Shown: positions 1 to 12,502 of the stretch, piece after piece | Layout: each line of letters opens with the position of its first letter | Numbering within the stretch: position 1 is the first letter of the stretch | Source: Sporopachydermia quercuum | Taxonomy: Eukaryota | DNA: 64,000 bases | Direction of reading: 5' to 3' | Assembly: GCA_001599295.1 (NCBI GenBank) | Contig: BCGN01000009.1 | Coordinates: 558,001 to 622,000 of the forward strand | Position numbers and translations under genes: made by a program | Notes under the pieces: generated by a model | Told to the model about the DNA's origin: nothing | Seen by the model: the letters and a program-made list of their open reading frames with translations, nothing else | Database searches by the model: none

Positions 1-2
1 GA

Positions 3-92
3 AACGCTAAACTCCCGGAACGTAACGGAAGCTTCCGCCTTCAGCATATGGCGTTTAATAATGATACCATACTAAAGTTTGATGTTGTATAG
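3..92 (+). CDS. Possible 3' end of a gene truncated by the window edge
   Basis: Frame starting at nt 3 is open to TAG at 90-92 (NAKLPERNGSFRLQHMAFNNDTILKFDVV*), followed by T-rich, 3'UTR-like sequence. No family recognised. Confidence 0.3.
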   Translation, partial: NAKLPERNGSFRLQHMAFNNDTILKFDVV

Positions 93-664
93 AATTCCAA
101 TCCGCTACGTAACTTTCCTCCACTGTTTTCTTATTCAATATCATTCTCACGATTATTCACATATTATGATCATTACCATCAGAATTATTATTCTCATTCT
201 CTTTGTCTTTGTCTTTCTCGTCACTATTCTATTCTATTCTAATCTAATTCAATTTTTGAATGCTACACAAGTATCACCATCACCGTCTCACTGACCTGAA
301 CGTGTCCTAAGATCTTAACCCTTTCTTGTTCATAGAACAATCCAATCCAATACGACCTCTAAGATAAATGACTTCTCATGCGCACGATCTAATGAATAAA
401 AGGACTAAAAAGATTAGCTGGACCATAATAAATTACATAGCTTAGGGTTGGAAATTGTTGAGTATACAAGACCAACAAGGATTCATCTGTGGACTTTATT
501 CTTGTAAGCAAAGTCTGATTATGTAGGTGACATCTAAATCGTTAAATCGTCTAGATCAACAAATGCTCTTGATTTACCATTTATTATCTTNATCTTTATC
601 TCCATCTTCATAATTAATCCATCTATAAATTTCATTCTTACCCATCTCATCACCATGTGCTTCC

Positions 665-1582
665 TCAGACATCATTTAAAGCAACACACACAACGCTCTT
701 GGAATGGCCAGAATATTGCCGGACAATCTCGCTGTTATTCAAATCCCACAACCGTAGAAAATGATCAGACGACGCAGTGATTATATACGCAGAATCCGCA
801 CTGAACGCACAGTCCCACACCCAACGCTCGTGCGACTGCAGTGAGTTCTCTAAATTGAAGTCATTCTCCGTAGACCATATACGACATGTATGGTCAGCTG
901 AACAGGTAGCCAAATGGCGCACGTCACTCGATAACATGACTCTTGTAATGTATTTGGAATGGGCTCTCAGTCTGGTGGCAGGAAATAGAGATGTCGCATC
1001 CTTAGAATTAACCATTCTCCATATATAGCAGTTGCCTCTGTTGTTTCCAACGATTAGGATGCTGCCATCGCTGGCAACAGTCAGGGAATTAATAGGAACA
1101 TCGTCCTCCGGATCTGCTTTCACCGTGCAAACATTTTTGCTTAAATCCCATATTCTCACGTGTCCCGATTGGTCGCATGATATCAGCTCTCCTTGGTTTG
1201 GATGGATCACCACTTCGTTGACAGCACAGCCATGTTTATAGTTGCGCTGGGGTTTATTCGTTCGCACGTCCCAGACTTTCACCGTGCCGTCTTCTGACGA
1301 GCTCACCATCCACCTTCTGTCGGGTTCAAATGCTATAGATGTCACGTTGTCTGTATGGCCATCGAATTCAATTGTAGGGGTCGGCGAGGAGGACCGAATA
1401 TCATAAAAGCGGATTTTTGGGTTCCCGGCAGCGACAAGGTACTGTTTGTCGGAGGTGATTTCCAGTCTGTTTACTTGGGAGTCTTGATGCTGGATGTTTC
1501 TGGTGGAGACTCCCGATAGGGCGTCCCAGAATCTGATGGTTCTGTCGTAGGAGGCAGACGCCAGTATGACTGAGTTTGACAT
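665..1582 (-). CDS. LST8: TOR complex subunit Lst8 (WD40), 305 aa
   Basis: VILASASYDRTIRFWDA, DSQVNRLEIT, HPNQGELISCD and WVWDCAFSADSAY match Lst8. Divergent from SIS1, as in S. cerevisiae. Confidence 0.96.
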   Translation of the reverse strand: MSNSVILASASYDRTIRFWDALSGVSTRNIQHQDSQVNRLEITSDKQYLVAAGNPKIRFYDIRSSSPTPTIEFDGHTDNVTSIAFEPDRRWMVSSSEDGTVKVWDVRTNKPQRNYKHGCAVNEVVIHPNQGELISCDQSGHVRIWDLSKNVCTVKADPEDDVPINSLTVASDGSILIVGNNRGNCYIWRMVNSKDATSLFPATRLRAHSKYITRVMLSSDVRHLATCSADHTCRIWSTENDFNLENSLQSHERWVWDCAFSADSAYIITASSDHFLRLWDLNNSEIVRQYSGHSKSVVCVALNDV

Positions 1583-2678
1583 TTCAAGAGTAATGAGCCG
1601 CTGGTAATTCTGGTGATGGTGCTAGAGGTACTGGTGACTAGAGGTGTTGACGTTTGATAGCCGTAGCTTGCAGGGATCAAGTAAAACTGCGTTGATGTGT
1701 TGATGCTGTGTTGAGCAATGGGAATTGCTATGTGCAAGAGCGACAGATAGAAGTATCACAGCAAACAGTTGATTAGCAATAATAGTAATAGTGGAAATGA
1801 GATTCGTTTGTAAAGGCTGGATGGAATATAAGGTTTGAATAGTCTGCATTTAATATGTATGATACTGTATCAATATGCAAGCGATAGAAGAGTATTTCTA
1901 CATGTGATTTTGTTCAATTTCGATGTAACTATTTACATGAAGAAGAAATAAAGAGAGGGATTGTTGATATTACAATGTAATAATAGTAGACAATGTATAA
2001 ACGATGTTTTCTTGCACTGGGNGTTTGGCAGAAATATAATGCTTTTTTGCATATTATTCCATAAATTGTACAGGAAAGAAGTATGGTAATGGTAAAGCTA
2101 CATGAATGTGGGAATTCCTGTTATCATATGCAGCGAAAACCAGAGTCGTTGGGTTGCATATGTATGAATGCTTAAGAATCAAGTATTAAAGCAAAGAAAC
2201 TACTCAACCTAAGAATTTTAAAATCAGAAGCTCAAAATTATACAACTCGATTGAAATAAATAGTAAATATATACAACTAGTTCCAGTGGTTTATTAGGAG
2301 AATCATCGGCATTTAAATCAACTATAACCAGGAGTATTAAACATACGTATGATTATGCATCAAAATTAATAGCGCAAAATCATACATAGACAAATAGTCA
2401 TTCTCAACTCATCAAAACATCCTTTCAGGTATCGTCAATAGAACAGTTTCAACCTAAACGTATCATCCATATAAACAACATAGTAATAACCCACTGACAA
2501 ATAAAATCTCCTTTACTTTTCCCCCTTTCCTTTTCCTTCTTTTCCCTTCTTTTCACACGCTCATCTCATATTAATCCACTACCTCTTATTAGACAGTCTC
2601 AAGTACTCCCCCATAATACAAAAGTCTTGTGACACAATCCCTGGGGGCCATCACAAGACTATCCCACCTTCCGGCAAA

Positions 2679-2691
2679 TTCAGGAACATTC
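2679..2691. promoter_or_regulatory. Heat-shock element (Hsf1 site) upstream of SIS1
   Basis: TTCagGAAcaTTC gives three perfect alternating nGAAn units about 700 bp before the SIS1 ATG. SIS1 is a known Hsf1 target. Confidence 0.7.
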
Positions 2692-3390
2692 TAGCAAAAC
2701 CTAACTGTAGCTTCATTGCATGCACGTCATCAAGCTTATACATAATTATTACATCAACTATTTGATCATGTACGCTCATAATACCTTCAGACTACAACCC
2801 CCAACTTACCCCGTAAGAAAAACAAAAATTGCTGCTAAAATAATCTCTCTGTTTTCGAGTTAATTTTCCTTTTTCGGCGCTTTTCTATCATGTTTCATCT
2901 CATTTTATGATGTACCCTAGCGTACACTAATCGCCCATCTCTTCCTGTACCTTTATGTACATTTTATGTGCGTTTCATGCACATTGCATGACCTTCTAAC
3001 CGGCAACTCATTCTCTCCTCATATAAGTAGTAAAGGCATTCCATTCAATACTTTTCTTTATCTTAATGTTCCTTTAAGGTGCATATATATGAATAAATGA
3101 ACATATCGTAGTGTTCTGGATATCATTTCAAGTGCTATAAAGTTAATTGATACATACCACAAGAACTAGAGATTATATTTCAACATACAGTTCATATCAC
3201 GCTGTATCATTGAATCAATTGTCTGAACAAGACATTCTATTTCGATTCATTACATTACATTGAACATATTCAATACGTGACATCGTGATAGAATCTTAAG
3301 AAATATCATATATATAAACATCACAGCATTTACATTTAAAACCATTCATACATCCAATTTTCCCATTCTAATACACACAATAAAGTCAAG

Positions 3391-4479
3391 ATGGTGAAAG
3401 AAAGAAAACTATACGACCTACTGGGGGTAGCTACCAGCGCCTCCGATGACGAAATCAAAAAAGCATACAGAAAAATGGCTTTGAAATATCATCCTGATAA
3501 GCCAGGTGGAGATGCCGAAAAGTTCAAGGAGATCTCAGAGGCTTTTGATATTCTTTCTGATAAAAACAAACGAGAAATCTATGATTCATATGGTTTGGAA
3601 GCAGCCAGACATGGGGGACCAATGTTTGACGGCTCTGCTCCTAGTGGTGCTGGTGCTGGTGGAGGCCCAGGAGGGTTTCCAGCAGGTGGGTTTCCCGGTG
3701 GAGGATTTTCTGGGTACCCAGGCGGCGGTGCGAAAACCTCATTCAGTTTCGGTGGACCTGGTGGGGGAGGAACATACTTCAGCTCTGGTGGTGGTGGCCC
3801 TGATGTGGATAACATATTCAGTCAAATGTTTGGTGATGGCGGTGGATTTGGTGGCTTTGGTGGCATGCCAGGCGGTATGGGAGGAGGTTCTAGACAAAGA
3901 TCAACTCCTGCCGGTTTCCCTGACATGGAGTCTGGAAGCTCTAAACCAGTGGGCCATGATAAAGTAGATGTTGGCCGATTACCTCTATCTTTAGAAGATC
4001 TATACAATGGTGGAACCAAAAAGATGCAAATCACAAGAAAAGGTCTCAACGGTCAAGAAAAGGTAATTGTGTCTATTCCTATTACTCCTGGCTGGAAAGC
4101 AGGTACTAAGATCACATTTGATAACTATGGTGATATGTTGTCGGACGGTTCAAGACGGAAGTTCCAATTTATTGTTGAAGAGAAACCTCATAGCACTTTC
4201 ACAAGAGAAGGCAATGATCTTCGGGCGAAATTGAACTTGACATTCAAGGAATCTTTACTAGGGTTCCAGAAGACTGTTAGAACGTTGGATGGTAAAGATC
4301 TTAGAGTCAGTTCGACGTTGCCAGTACAATCTGGTGAGACAGTGAAGTATCCAGAACTAGGTATGCCAATTACTAAGGAGAAAGGAAAGAAGAAGGGCGA
4401 TTTGATAGTTGAGTATAAAGTGACGAAACCAGGTCGTTTGACGCCTCAACAAAGAACTGCTATTGAACAGAATTTCTGA
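3391..4479 (+). CDS. SIS1: Type II Hsp40 co-chaperone Sis1, 362 aa
   Basis: J-domain with HPD, G/F- and G/M-rich region, DnaJ C-terminal domain ([11 protein letters not shown]), no CxxCxGxG zinc finger. Confidence 0.93.
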   Translation: MVKERKLYDLLGVATSASDDEIKKAYRKMALKYHPDKPGGDAEKFKEISEAFDILSDKNKREIYDSYGLEAARHGGPMFDGSAPSGAGAGGGPGGFPAGGFPGGGFSGYPGGGAKTSFSFGGPGGGGTYFSSGGGGPDVDNIFSQMFGDGGGFGGFGGMPGGMGGGSRQRSTPAGFPDMESGSSKPVGHDKVDVGRLPLSLEDLYNGGTKKMQITRKGLNGQEKVIVSIPITPGWKAGTKITFDNYGDMLSDGSRRKFQFIVEEKPHSTFTREGNDLRAKLNLTFKESLLGFQKTVRTLDGKDLRVSSTLPVQSGETVKYPELGMPITKEKGKKKGDLIVEYKVTKPGRLTPQQRTAIEQNF

Positions 4480-6093
4480 GAACGGTTCAATAGATGAGAA
4501 GATAGATGAGAGAGAGAAGATAAAGTGAAACTAAGGAGCTTATGATGATAGGATAAGAATATGATTATTTTACTGGTATTGTAATAATGCCAGCAGATAA
4601 GGAGTATTGTTCCTTGTTTCTTATTCTGTTTCTGTGTCAATATAACGACAGATAAATTACTATGAATAGGAAACTGTTATTATTTTGTACTGTTTCCTTT
4701 TTATTGAGTTAGCAGTTCCATAAGCTTCATAGTTTGATCTAATGTGTATATAACAATAATACAGACGCTAATAATAAGCATTAACTAATAATAGTAGCAA
4801 TACAATAACAACTAATGCAAGTAAGCAAAACAACTCTACTAATAACTATATTAACAATATTAAATTTCAACTGTTGATTTTGGAACATAAGAGATAAGGT
4901 AGAAGATGAGGAGAGAAGGATAAGCGTTTATAGTATTCATTATAAAATCCTAGAAAACAATAAGCATGCATATTGATATGTATGTTACTACGTATTTATA
5001 AGAAGAGTTGATATTATAAAAACAACGAATAGTAACAATAACAACAATATAACATCATACACAACAAATAGAAGTTAATTAGTGTATCATATAGTGTNAT
5101 TATGATTGTTATGACCATTTGGGTGGGCATATTTACTGATATGAAGATATATCATTATGTGGATAATTATTAAAACAATATCAGTTATACGCTTATTACC
5201 AGTAATCAATAAATCAATAAATCATACGATTATTATAATAGAACTATTGACATAAGTAATGTACCACCAGTGTTCCAATTGTAAAATTCCAGCTAATATC
5301 TCCATAACCAATGTAAATCAATAAAACAATATCATATTACTGTTTATTATGAACCATTGATGCTATGGATTTGTTTGAAGAAATGATGAAGAGATGATGA
5401 AGAAATGATGAAATGGTGAGGAAATGTGTCGATGAACTTGTACTTGTACTTTTTTCATGATTTGTGGTGATATGGTAACGAATTAGTTTATGTACATTTT
5501 CATAGTAACATTTGTAAAATCTGCTGCCATAACTTGATTCTTTTAGATCTCCTGGATATTCCTTTGGTGAAACCCATTGGGATTTGGTGTGTTTATTTTG
5601 GCTTACGGTTTTTAGTCTTTGATTATTGGGTATTATAAACGGCTTGAATTTCAGGTTATTGATTGTATTGTACTTGCTTAGCTTCATATCTTCCTAAACG
5701 ATCTTCCTCACTTCTATTCTGTTAATCATAACGAGCAATCAGCAGGAATCAACAGGAATATTAATGTATCTACATATTCTGGAACATTTACAGTAATTCT
5801 TCCCTAAACACAAATTCAGCTCATTTCTCATCTTCTACACTCAAATCTATCTACAGACTGGCGAACGCATCATCCATTCGATCGAATAGCCTCAGTCTCA
5901 ATTGTATACCAAAACTACAATAACCCAACTAATCCCGACTTATCAATTAATACTAACACTATTAATTACAAAATATATACATCATACTATACGATATGGT
6001 ATATTCTAAGGAAATACATTCAAATCTCCTCTTTATGCTCTATTTTCTAAGCAACAACTATCAAATCCATCACCATCACCAAAACCTGTTAAT

Positions 6094-7533
6094 TTATTTC
6101 TTCTTCTTCTTTTTCTTTTCTCCATCGTCATCGTCATCAGCTTTTCTCTTCTTTTCCTTCTTTTCTTTCTTTTCCTTCTTCTCTTTCTTCTCTTTCTTGT
6201 CCTTCTTGTCCTTCTTTTCCTTCTTAGATGGAGTTTCTGGTTCAGCACTTGCTTTAGAAGGAGAAGAATCAACAGACTTCATTTCAACTTCTTGAATCAA
6301 AGGAGAACCAGTAGCGGCAGGAGCAGGAGTAGAAGGAGCAGCACCATTATCATTCTCAACAGGTCCAGTATAGTCCTTATAGTAGTTCTTCCAGAAATCA
6401 GGGGTATTATCATTGATTCTGCCATGAGTATCTAATTTACCATTTGCTTTCAATTGCTTCTTCTTCTGAGCAACAGGTCCCAAACCCCATCTTCTAGGAT
6501 AAGTGTCTCTCTCCATAATACATCTCTTGACCTTAGCAACAACTCCATGGTCGCAACTAGCTAAATCAACAGTAGACATTTGAGCAATAGCAAGAGCAAT
6601 AGCCTCACCTTTAGTAGTGATCAGAACAACTTCATCATATAATTCAATGCCTTCTTCATATCTTAATAAACCAGGAATCATTAATTTAGCACCATAGCAT
6701 ACTGAATTCACAGCAGAGTCTTTCACGACAATTCTCTTATAACCCAACAGCAAAGTTTCCAAAGGTTTGATCACTCTTCTCAAATATGACTCATCTCTGG
6801 TGTTATCATATACCCACTGGGCATCTAAGACATCATGCAGAGTAACCATATCATCGTTTTCTGATAGAGCTCCAGATCTCACACGCCTCAGTTCTTGCAT
6901 ATGCCCTCCAACACCTAATAACATACCTAAATGAACACATAATGTTCTCATATAGGTACCGGCTTCACAGCTGGCCCAGAACACGCCTAAGCCTCGGTCG
7001 TTATCAAATTCAATCAGTTTGGATTCATAGATAGTTCTAATACGTAACTGTCTCTTGACAGCAGAAATCAAAGGAGGTCTCTGGAACAGAGCTCCAGTTA
7101 GGTTTTCTAGTCCTCTTGCTAATTCTTTTTCATCTTTTAAAGCATCATGCAATCTAACAATGCAAACGTATTCCTTACCGGCACCTTGCTGGGATTTGAC
7201 TAATCTAGTAGCACGGTCGATACAGACAATAAGACAACCGGTGACTTTAGGATCTAAAGTACCTGAATGGCCGGTTTTCTCAACTCTAAGAATTCTCTTA
7301 ATCCAAGCCACAACTTCGTGCGACGAAGGATTTGATGGTTTGTCCAAATTGATAACTCCTGATGCTATGTATTGCTTCAAGTCTCTTTTCAATGGTGAAC
7401 TACCGGTAGGGATAGGTGTGTAATGACCTGATCTTACCAGTAGTTTATCATAGTTTTTAAGTAATAAAGGCCAATCAGAAGTATCGTTGGAAGGTCCAAC
7501 GTTTTCCGGCTTGATGAATTGTTCTTCTCCCAT
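6094..7533 (-). CDS. CBF5: H/ACA snoRNP pseudouridine synthase Cbf5/dyskerin, 479 aa
   Basis: TruB motifs [13 protein letters not shown] and [15 protein letters not shown] domain, KKE-repeat tail. First ATG is at 7533; the track's extension to 7608 uses a non-ATG start. Confidence 0.97.
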   Translation of the reverse strand: MGEEQFIKPENVGPSNDTSDWPLLLKNYDKLLVRSGHYTPIPTGSSPLKRDLKQYIASGVINLDKPSNPSSHEVVAWIKRILRVEKTGHSGTLDPKVTGCLIVCIDRATRLVKSQQGAGKEYVCIVRLHDALKDEKELARGLENLTGALFQRPPLISAVKRQLRIRTIYESKLIEFDNDRGLGVFWASCEAGTYMRTLCVHLGMLLGVGGHMQELRRVRSGALSENDDMVTLHDVLDAQWVYDNTRDESYLRRVIKPLETLLLGYKRIVVKDSAVNSVCYGAKLMIPGLLRYEEGIELYDEVVLITTKGEAIALAIAQMSTVDLASCDHGVVAKVKRCIMERDTYPRRWGLGPVAQKKKQLKANGKLDTHGRINDNTPDFWKNYYKDYTGPVENDNGAAPSTPAPAATGSPLIQEVEMKSVDSSPSKASAEPETPSKKEKKDKKDKKEKKEKKEKKEKKEKKRKADDDDDGEKKKKKKK

Positions 7534-7993
7534 TGTTTTGCTTGTCGTCCTGTTGGTTATGATGGCTTTTCTTTTTGATTCTATGCAAATGCTCTCACCG
7601 CTATTCAATGTGAGATTCTACTAGATATTTCCTCTATGCTTTACACTTGGTTTCCTTTTATCAGCAAAAGCAAAGTCCTGCAATTTATTTCTAGCAAAAC
7701 TAACCGTTATATACAATCTCTTGTGCTGATGAGCTTCGGCTGATAAACTTACACCTTGTCTGTGCTTGTAAGCTATCCTATCCTTTCTTTTCTTCTATAG
7801 ATGCCTTATAACAAACACCTGAACAATTGGAAATAATCTCAGAAAGCAGATAAAACCACAGCTATCAACAACTCAATTTAACACTTGAAAACGGTTGTAC
7901 TAAACGCTAGCAAATTTTGTATTGGATTGCTAATGATTGTTTATAGTAGCTGATAACAAACAGGTACAGATGGTTTTCCTGCTGCTAAGAAAG

Positions 7994-8027
7994 AAATTTT
8001 CATTATGGGAACCACTTAATTTTTCAC
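7994..8027 (-). promoter_or_regulatory. Two RRPE-like elements upstream of CBF5
   Basis: AAATTTTCA (7994-8002) and AATTTTTCA (8018-8026) read TGAAAATTT and TGAAAAATT on the minus strand. RRPE is typical of ribosome-biogenesis genes. Confidence 0.55.
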
Positions 8028-8679
8028 TTGGAATAAATTTTTTAGCTGAAGAGGGAATTGTTAGTGCTGAATGTTACGCTGGAGGGATATGTAAGCATGT
8101 ACTAGAGAACACTGGGTCTCACTACAACTTTTTGGGTAGGTGTTCTGGAGATGATNCAGATATGAGAGCTATACGAGGTGAACGAGAAAGATGAGATGAA
8201 GGAATTGGAAATAACGAATGGAGACGAAGGAATTGGATGATTTCCAAGCCATTTACTCCGAATATTAATGGATTTTTAGAAGGTAGAAAGTAAGCTGCAG
8301 AAGGTTGAATGTCGCAAGCGTTAGAAATACTGAGAAGTTGGGATATGTGTGATTTTAAGGGAAAGTAGTGCAAAGGATGAATAGTATAGCATGGGAGTAT
8401 GTGTCAATCATTGAGAATGCTAATGTAGCTTGAAATATGTGATTTGTATGACATAATTATATATCACCCTGTATAGATGTATTTGTATAAATATACCGGA
8501 TAGTATATGTAATGGTATATTNATCTGTCTGTCATATTGCTGGGAACATCCTCTATTATACCAATTGCCATACATACGTGCTATACAGAACATGTATGCT
8601 TGCTACTGTCAAAATTCCATATCCACACGCTCATACGCTCCTCTCTTATACTTATTCCATATCCATCAACCAGCATAGT

Positions 8680-10725
8680 TTATTGCTGAAGGCCACTCAA
8701 GTTAGCAATCTTTATACTGAGAGCTCTTTTCATGAACTGTTCTCTTGCAAGCATGCGTGTATGCTAATAAAGAGTGAATCTATGTTAGTATCAATAAATA
8801 GCAAGGCAAATAGCAAATAACAATAACAAATTACTTCGTCCTGCATCTATGCTTACCTTCATAAACTGACTGAGAGAAATCTTTCCACTATCCAAACCTT
8901 TACTAAGGTAGTAAATAGTATCCCCAATAGCATGATCTTCTGCTACCACGTCGTGTAATCTGATTGTTAACACTGTTAGTATTTGTTTGAGTTCAAAAAG
9001 CAGAAAATCCTTATGCTTCCACATTCCATCTATCAACAAAACACGAGACATCATAACTTACTGGTTATATACAACTGTCTCAGCACAGAGAATATCATCT
9101 ACAGATGGCTCTTCTCTACTATTAGCATCAGTTATCACTTTCCTAGCATTACTGATCCTTTCTTCTAATATGCCCATATTACATTCAATTACCTCCATCA
9201 GCTTTTCCCCGTTGTCTTCTTCAATCTTCGCGGTACTTTCTAGTTGAGCCACTGACGATTTCAACGTCTTTATCCGATTCTCAGTGCTATGAATCTCTGG
9301 CTCAATCTCTGTAGAAAGTAAATTAATTAATCCTGACTCGATTTCCACTATTATGTTGTTTCTTTTCTCTTCATTCTCTAACTGGGATTTGATCTGTCCA
9401 GTTCCCATGTCCATGATATCTGGTGCTTCAGGCTTTGGTGGCTGGTGTTTCAAGCTTGGTTGCATAGACGGAAGCGTAGAACTGATATTGTTGATNCTGG
9501 TGCTACCACCAGGATAGTTATAGTTGGTGGAGATGCCATGCGCCTGGTCTACTATAGGCACAGCGGGGGATCTCAATGGGCTCCGTATAGGGCTTCTAAC
9601 AGGGCTTCTCATGCCGGGAAGTTGCGGCTGAGGTTTGAAATAAGCAGGCTTGGAACTATCACCCCCTGTAGGACTACTGATTTGAGCCGATATTGTTGAT
9701 ATAGGACTTGCGTTAGGACCAAGGTTTACGGGAGATTGGGCTCTATTGGGTTTTGGAGGTAACGGTGGTACTTTTGGTGCCTCGGCAAAGGTCTGAAAGC
9801 CTGGTTTAGAAATGGCCTGAGAATACTGTTGTGGTTGTTGTTGTTGTTGCTGTTGCTGTTGATTGGAGCTCTGACTATTATAGGATTCTAAGGGTGGTCT
9901 ATTAGGTTGCTGATACAGCTGAACATTATGGAACTGTGAATAACTAGGCGATGCTGTAAATGCCGATTTGCTGATTAAAGGAGGCTCCTGCGAGAAAGCA
10001 ATTGTCAATTGCTTGATAAGCTCTGTTATTGAGGATTGCTGCTGGATTCGTTAGTATGAATTATTGCTATCATTGCTTTTACCGCCTTTATGCCTTTATG
10101 TTCCTCTCTATCATCAGCCATAAACTTGACCCAACGCTTGCATGTATACTTACAGGGTTATCTCTCCAGAAGGAAATAAAAGGATGAAATATTTTGCTGT
10201 TGGTATCGACATAATTTCCCGGCAAAACAAGCAGCGAGTTATCGGGTGTAATGTATCCAAAAGGTGCTAATTGAGGGTACTCCTTGGGTATCCATATCTC
10301 AACAGGTACTCTTGGGATTGATCCTTCTTGCACAGGAATCGTTCCATAAATGCATAGTAAAAGCTGAGAGTAACCAGTTTCCGAGGCTAGACTATGTTAG
10401 TAAAATAAAGGATTTTGATAACCAGCAAGAATAAAAAAGCAATAAACTGTTGAAATTATATCAATCGCTAGAACAGAGATACATAGGCATAGATACTTAC
10501 TGTAAACACGAGTTCTAGGACGTAAAGTAGGAAACGTCTGCAGACAATGAGCAACATGTTGATATGTTGTTTGGACGTCTTTATACTCCTAAATTTTTGG
10601 TGATGTTAGCAATTCATGCAGTAGGAATTCAATTGACAACGATGATGTATCGCCTAACGGATACTTACAGGTGTCAGTACTTTGTAGAGCCAGTCAAGAA
10701 GCTCGGGGGGTAAATTAGGAGCCAT
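8680..10725 (-). CDS. STP22: ESCRT-I subunit Vps23/Stp22, 6 exons, about 514 aa
   Basis: Exons 10725-10669, 10588-10501, 10386-10154, 10041-9062, 8959-8857, 8763-8680. Introns GTAAGT/GTAAGC...(T/G)CTAAC...YAG. The joined frame gives a UEV domain (LRPRTRVYT, IYGTIP, IWIPKEYP), a Pro/Gln-rich linker, a coiled coil and the SB core (YNQLHDVVAEDHAIGDTIY...LAREQF). Confidence 0.9.
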
Positions 10726-11356
10726 TACAATGGAATTAGGCAGAATCTAACGATAGATTCTGGAAATTTGAAGAAAAAAGGTGATTTTATGCTAGAAAAC
10801 AATTTGAAATTACGTTTTCACTGAAACGGAGACAGATCTAATAGATTTTTAGTCCTATCGACAGATAGTCAAATGGTGATGGAACAATGTTATGATGTCG
10901 CAGATACCGCTAATGATCTTTGATGTTTTCAGGTATATTTTCAGGTTCCGATAGTAGAGTTATGAGCAGAAATCAACCACCTTATCTGGCATTTATATAT
11001 TTTGCTCAGATATACTCAAACTCTATCAACAATTGATCCAATCGCCTAATCCATTCCAATTGCCATCAATAGAGGTTCGCAGACGACACTTCCTGTACTT
11101 ATCAGCCAGCGACCGTTCAGGAAAACATGCAAATGAAGTCAGTAGAAATTCTTCAATTATACCACTGAATACAACCAACTGATTTACGTAAACAGATATA
11201 TTTAATTCCTATGATTTCGTCAATAATTCTAACCAAATTGTTGGTTACTTCGTCATTATACATTATTCCTCCCGTCTACCTGTAGATTAATTTATTACCT
11301 ACCGATAGAACCCCAAATAAATGGTTGACCCGAGATGACCCGAACCAGTCAGATAA

Positions 11357-11366
11357 GTCACGTGAC
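11357..11366. promoter_or_regulatory. Palindromic E-box GTCACGTGAC (Cbf1-type bHLH site) in the divergent STP22/VMA9 promoter
   Basis: Perfect 10-bp palindrome, preceded by a TGACCCG direct repeat at 11326-11332 and 11336-11342. Confidence 0.65.
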
Positions 11367-11835
11367 ATAGCTTACCTTTTCTGAAGTCTCATAGCCCACT
11401 AACTGTTGTCTCATAACAGGCACCATATTCACTAGAGAATCCATGCAGTCAAGGAGCCAGCACAAATTACTATGGTTGTTGTTACTATGTGAACTGGCTC
11501 ACGGGTTCGTGCCAGAGAACTGAATAATGAACGAATGTATAATTGATGCTGTTTGAACAGAGACATTAGCTTAATCATCACAACGTACATGAAACTAGAT
11601 TGTGCTAACTCTTGGTTGATTGTTGCTGGTTGATTGAGTTTGATTGGATACTTAGAGCAGCACAATTGGCACTGTAAAGGTGATAGCATTGTGTAGAAGG
11701 AAGCAAACGCAACCACGATTACCATTTGTTTATTATTTATTCATAGGAACTCCTGGTAGATTAAACAGAAGAGATTTAAAGAGGCTTGGAACTAGTTGCT
11801 AAAGACAAGAAGAGTTTACAAAATATCTGGTAATA

Positions 11836-12502
11836 ATGAGTGGGTAAGTAAAGATGAGTTACAGAAGTGAGACTGTGATGTGGTCAATTCAAACTGGTTA
11901 CGAGAGCATAATGTAGTGAAACCCTGATAGTATTTGCTAGGAGAAAGTAGAAATAGGCCAGAGAACTAACAACAACTAGATGGACTGTGATTGCTGTTTT
12001 GATTGTAACAGCAGTTATTTCAACTGTATTTTGGTACACAGCTCCTAAGGAGAATCAAACGTATGTTATAATGAAAGGGGATATGAAATATTGGATGAGG
12101 GATTACAGGGGAACTTATATTTGGGTTGATGTACTAATATGCCATTACTAGTGTTTGGAGGAGCAGTGTCATTTTGACGTTATCAATGTGCTATTTAATG
12201 TATGTTTAATATATTATCAGAAGATGATAGGCTGATGGACGGTTCTATTGCATTTAGATGATGATCTATCTTTACATCATCAAGATTACATTGAGGGAAT
12301 AAAGTACTAACAGAATCTTCTAGGTGGGCCATTACTTATCTATGTATGTTTTAGTGAGGAGTCCTCACGGATTAGACATTAGTATTAATGTTCTGCAGGT
12401 GAACATGAAGTCGATGTATACTAACATTAGGTTTTAATAGGTCAACTGCACCCACTTGTTGTGCCACGACGAAGTGACTTGAGACCAGAATACGCAGAAT
12501 AA
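11836..12502 (+). CDS. VMA9: V-ATPase V0 subunit e, 5 exons, 72 aa
   Basis: Exons 11836-11843, 11980-12060, 12152-12199, 12324-12343, 12441-12502 (219 nt) give MSGWTVIAVLIVTAVISTVFWYTAPKENQTVWRSSVILTLSMCYLMWAITYLCQLHPLVVPRRSDLRPEYAE*, closely matching Vma9. Splice signals are canonical. Confidence 0.95.

Noticed and set aside
5337..5687. 116-aa ATG ORF between SIS1 and CBF5
   Set aside because: No motifs; low-complexity, AT-rich convergent intergenic region.
7534..7608. 25-aa N-terminal extension of Cbf5
   Set aside because: TTG start, no Cbf5 similarity, and it overlaps a probable intron or leader.
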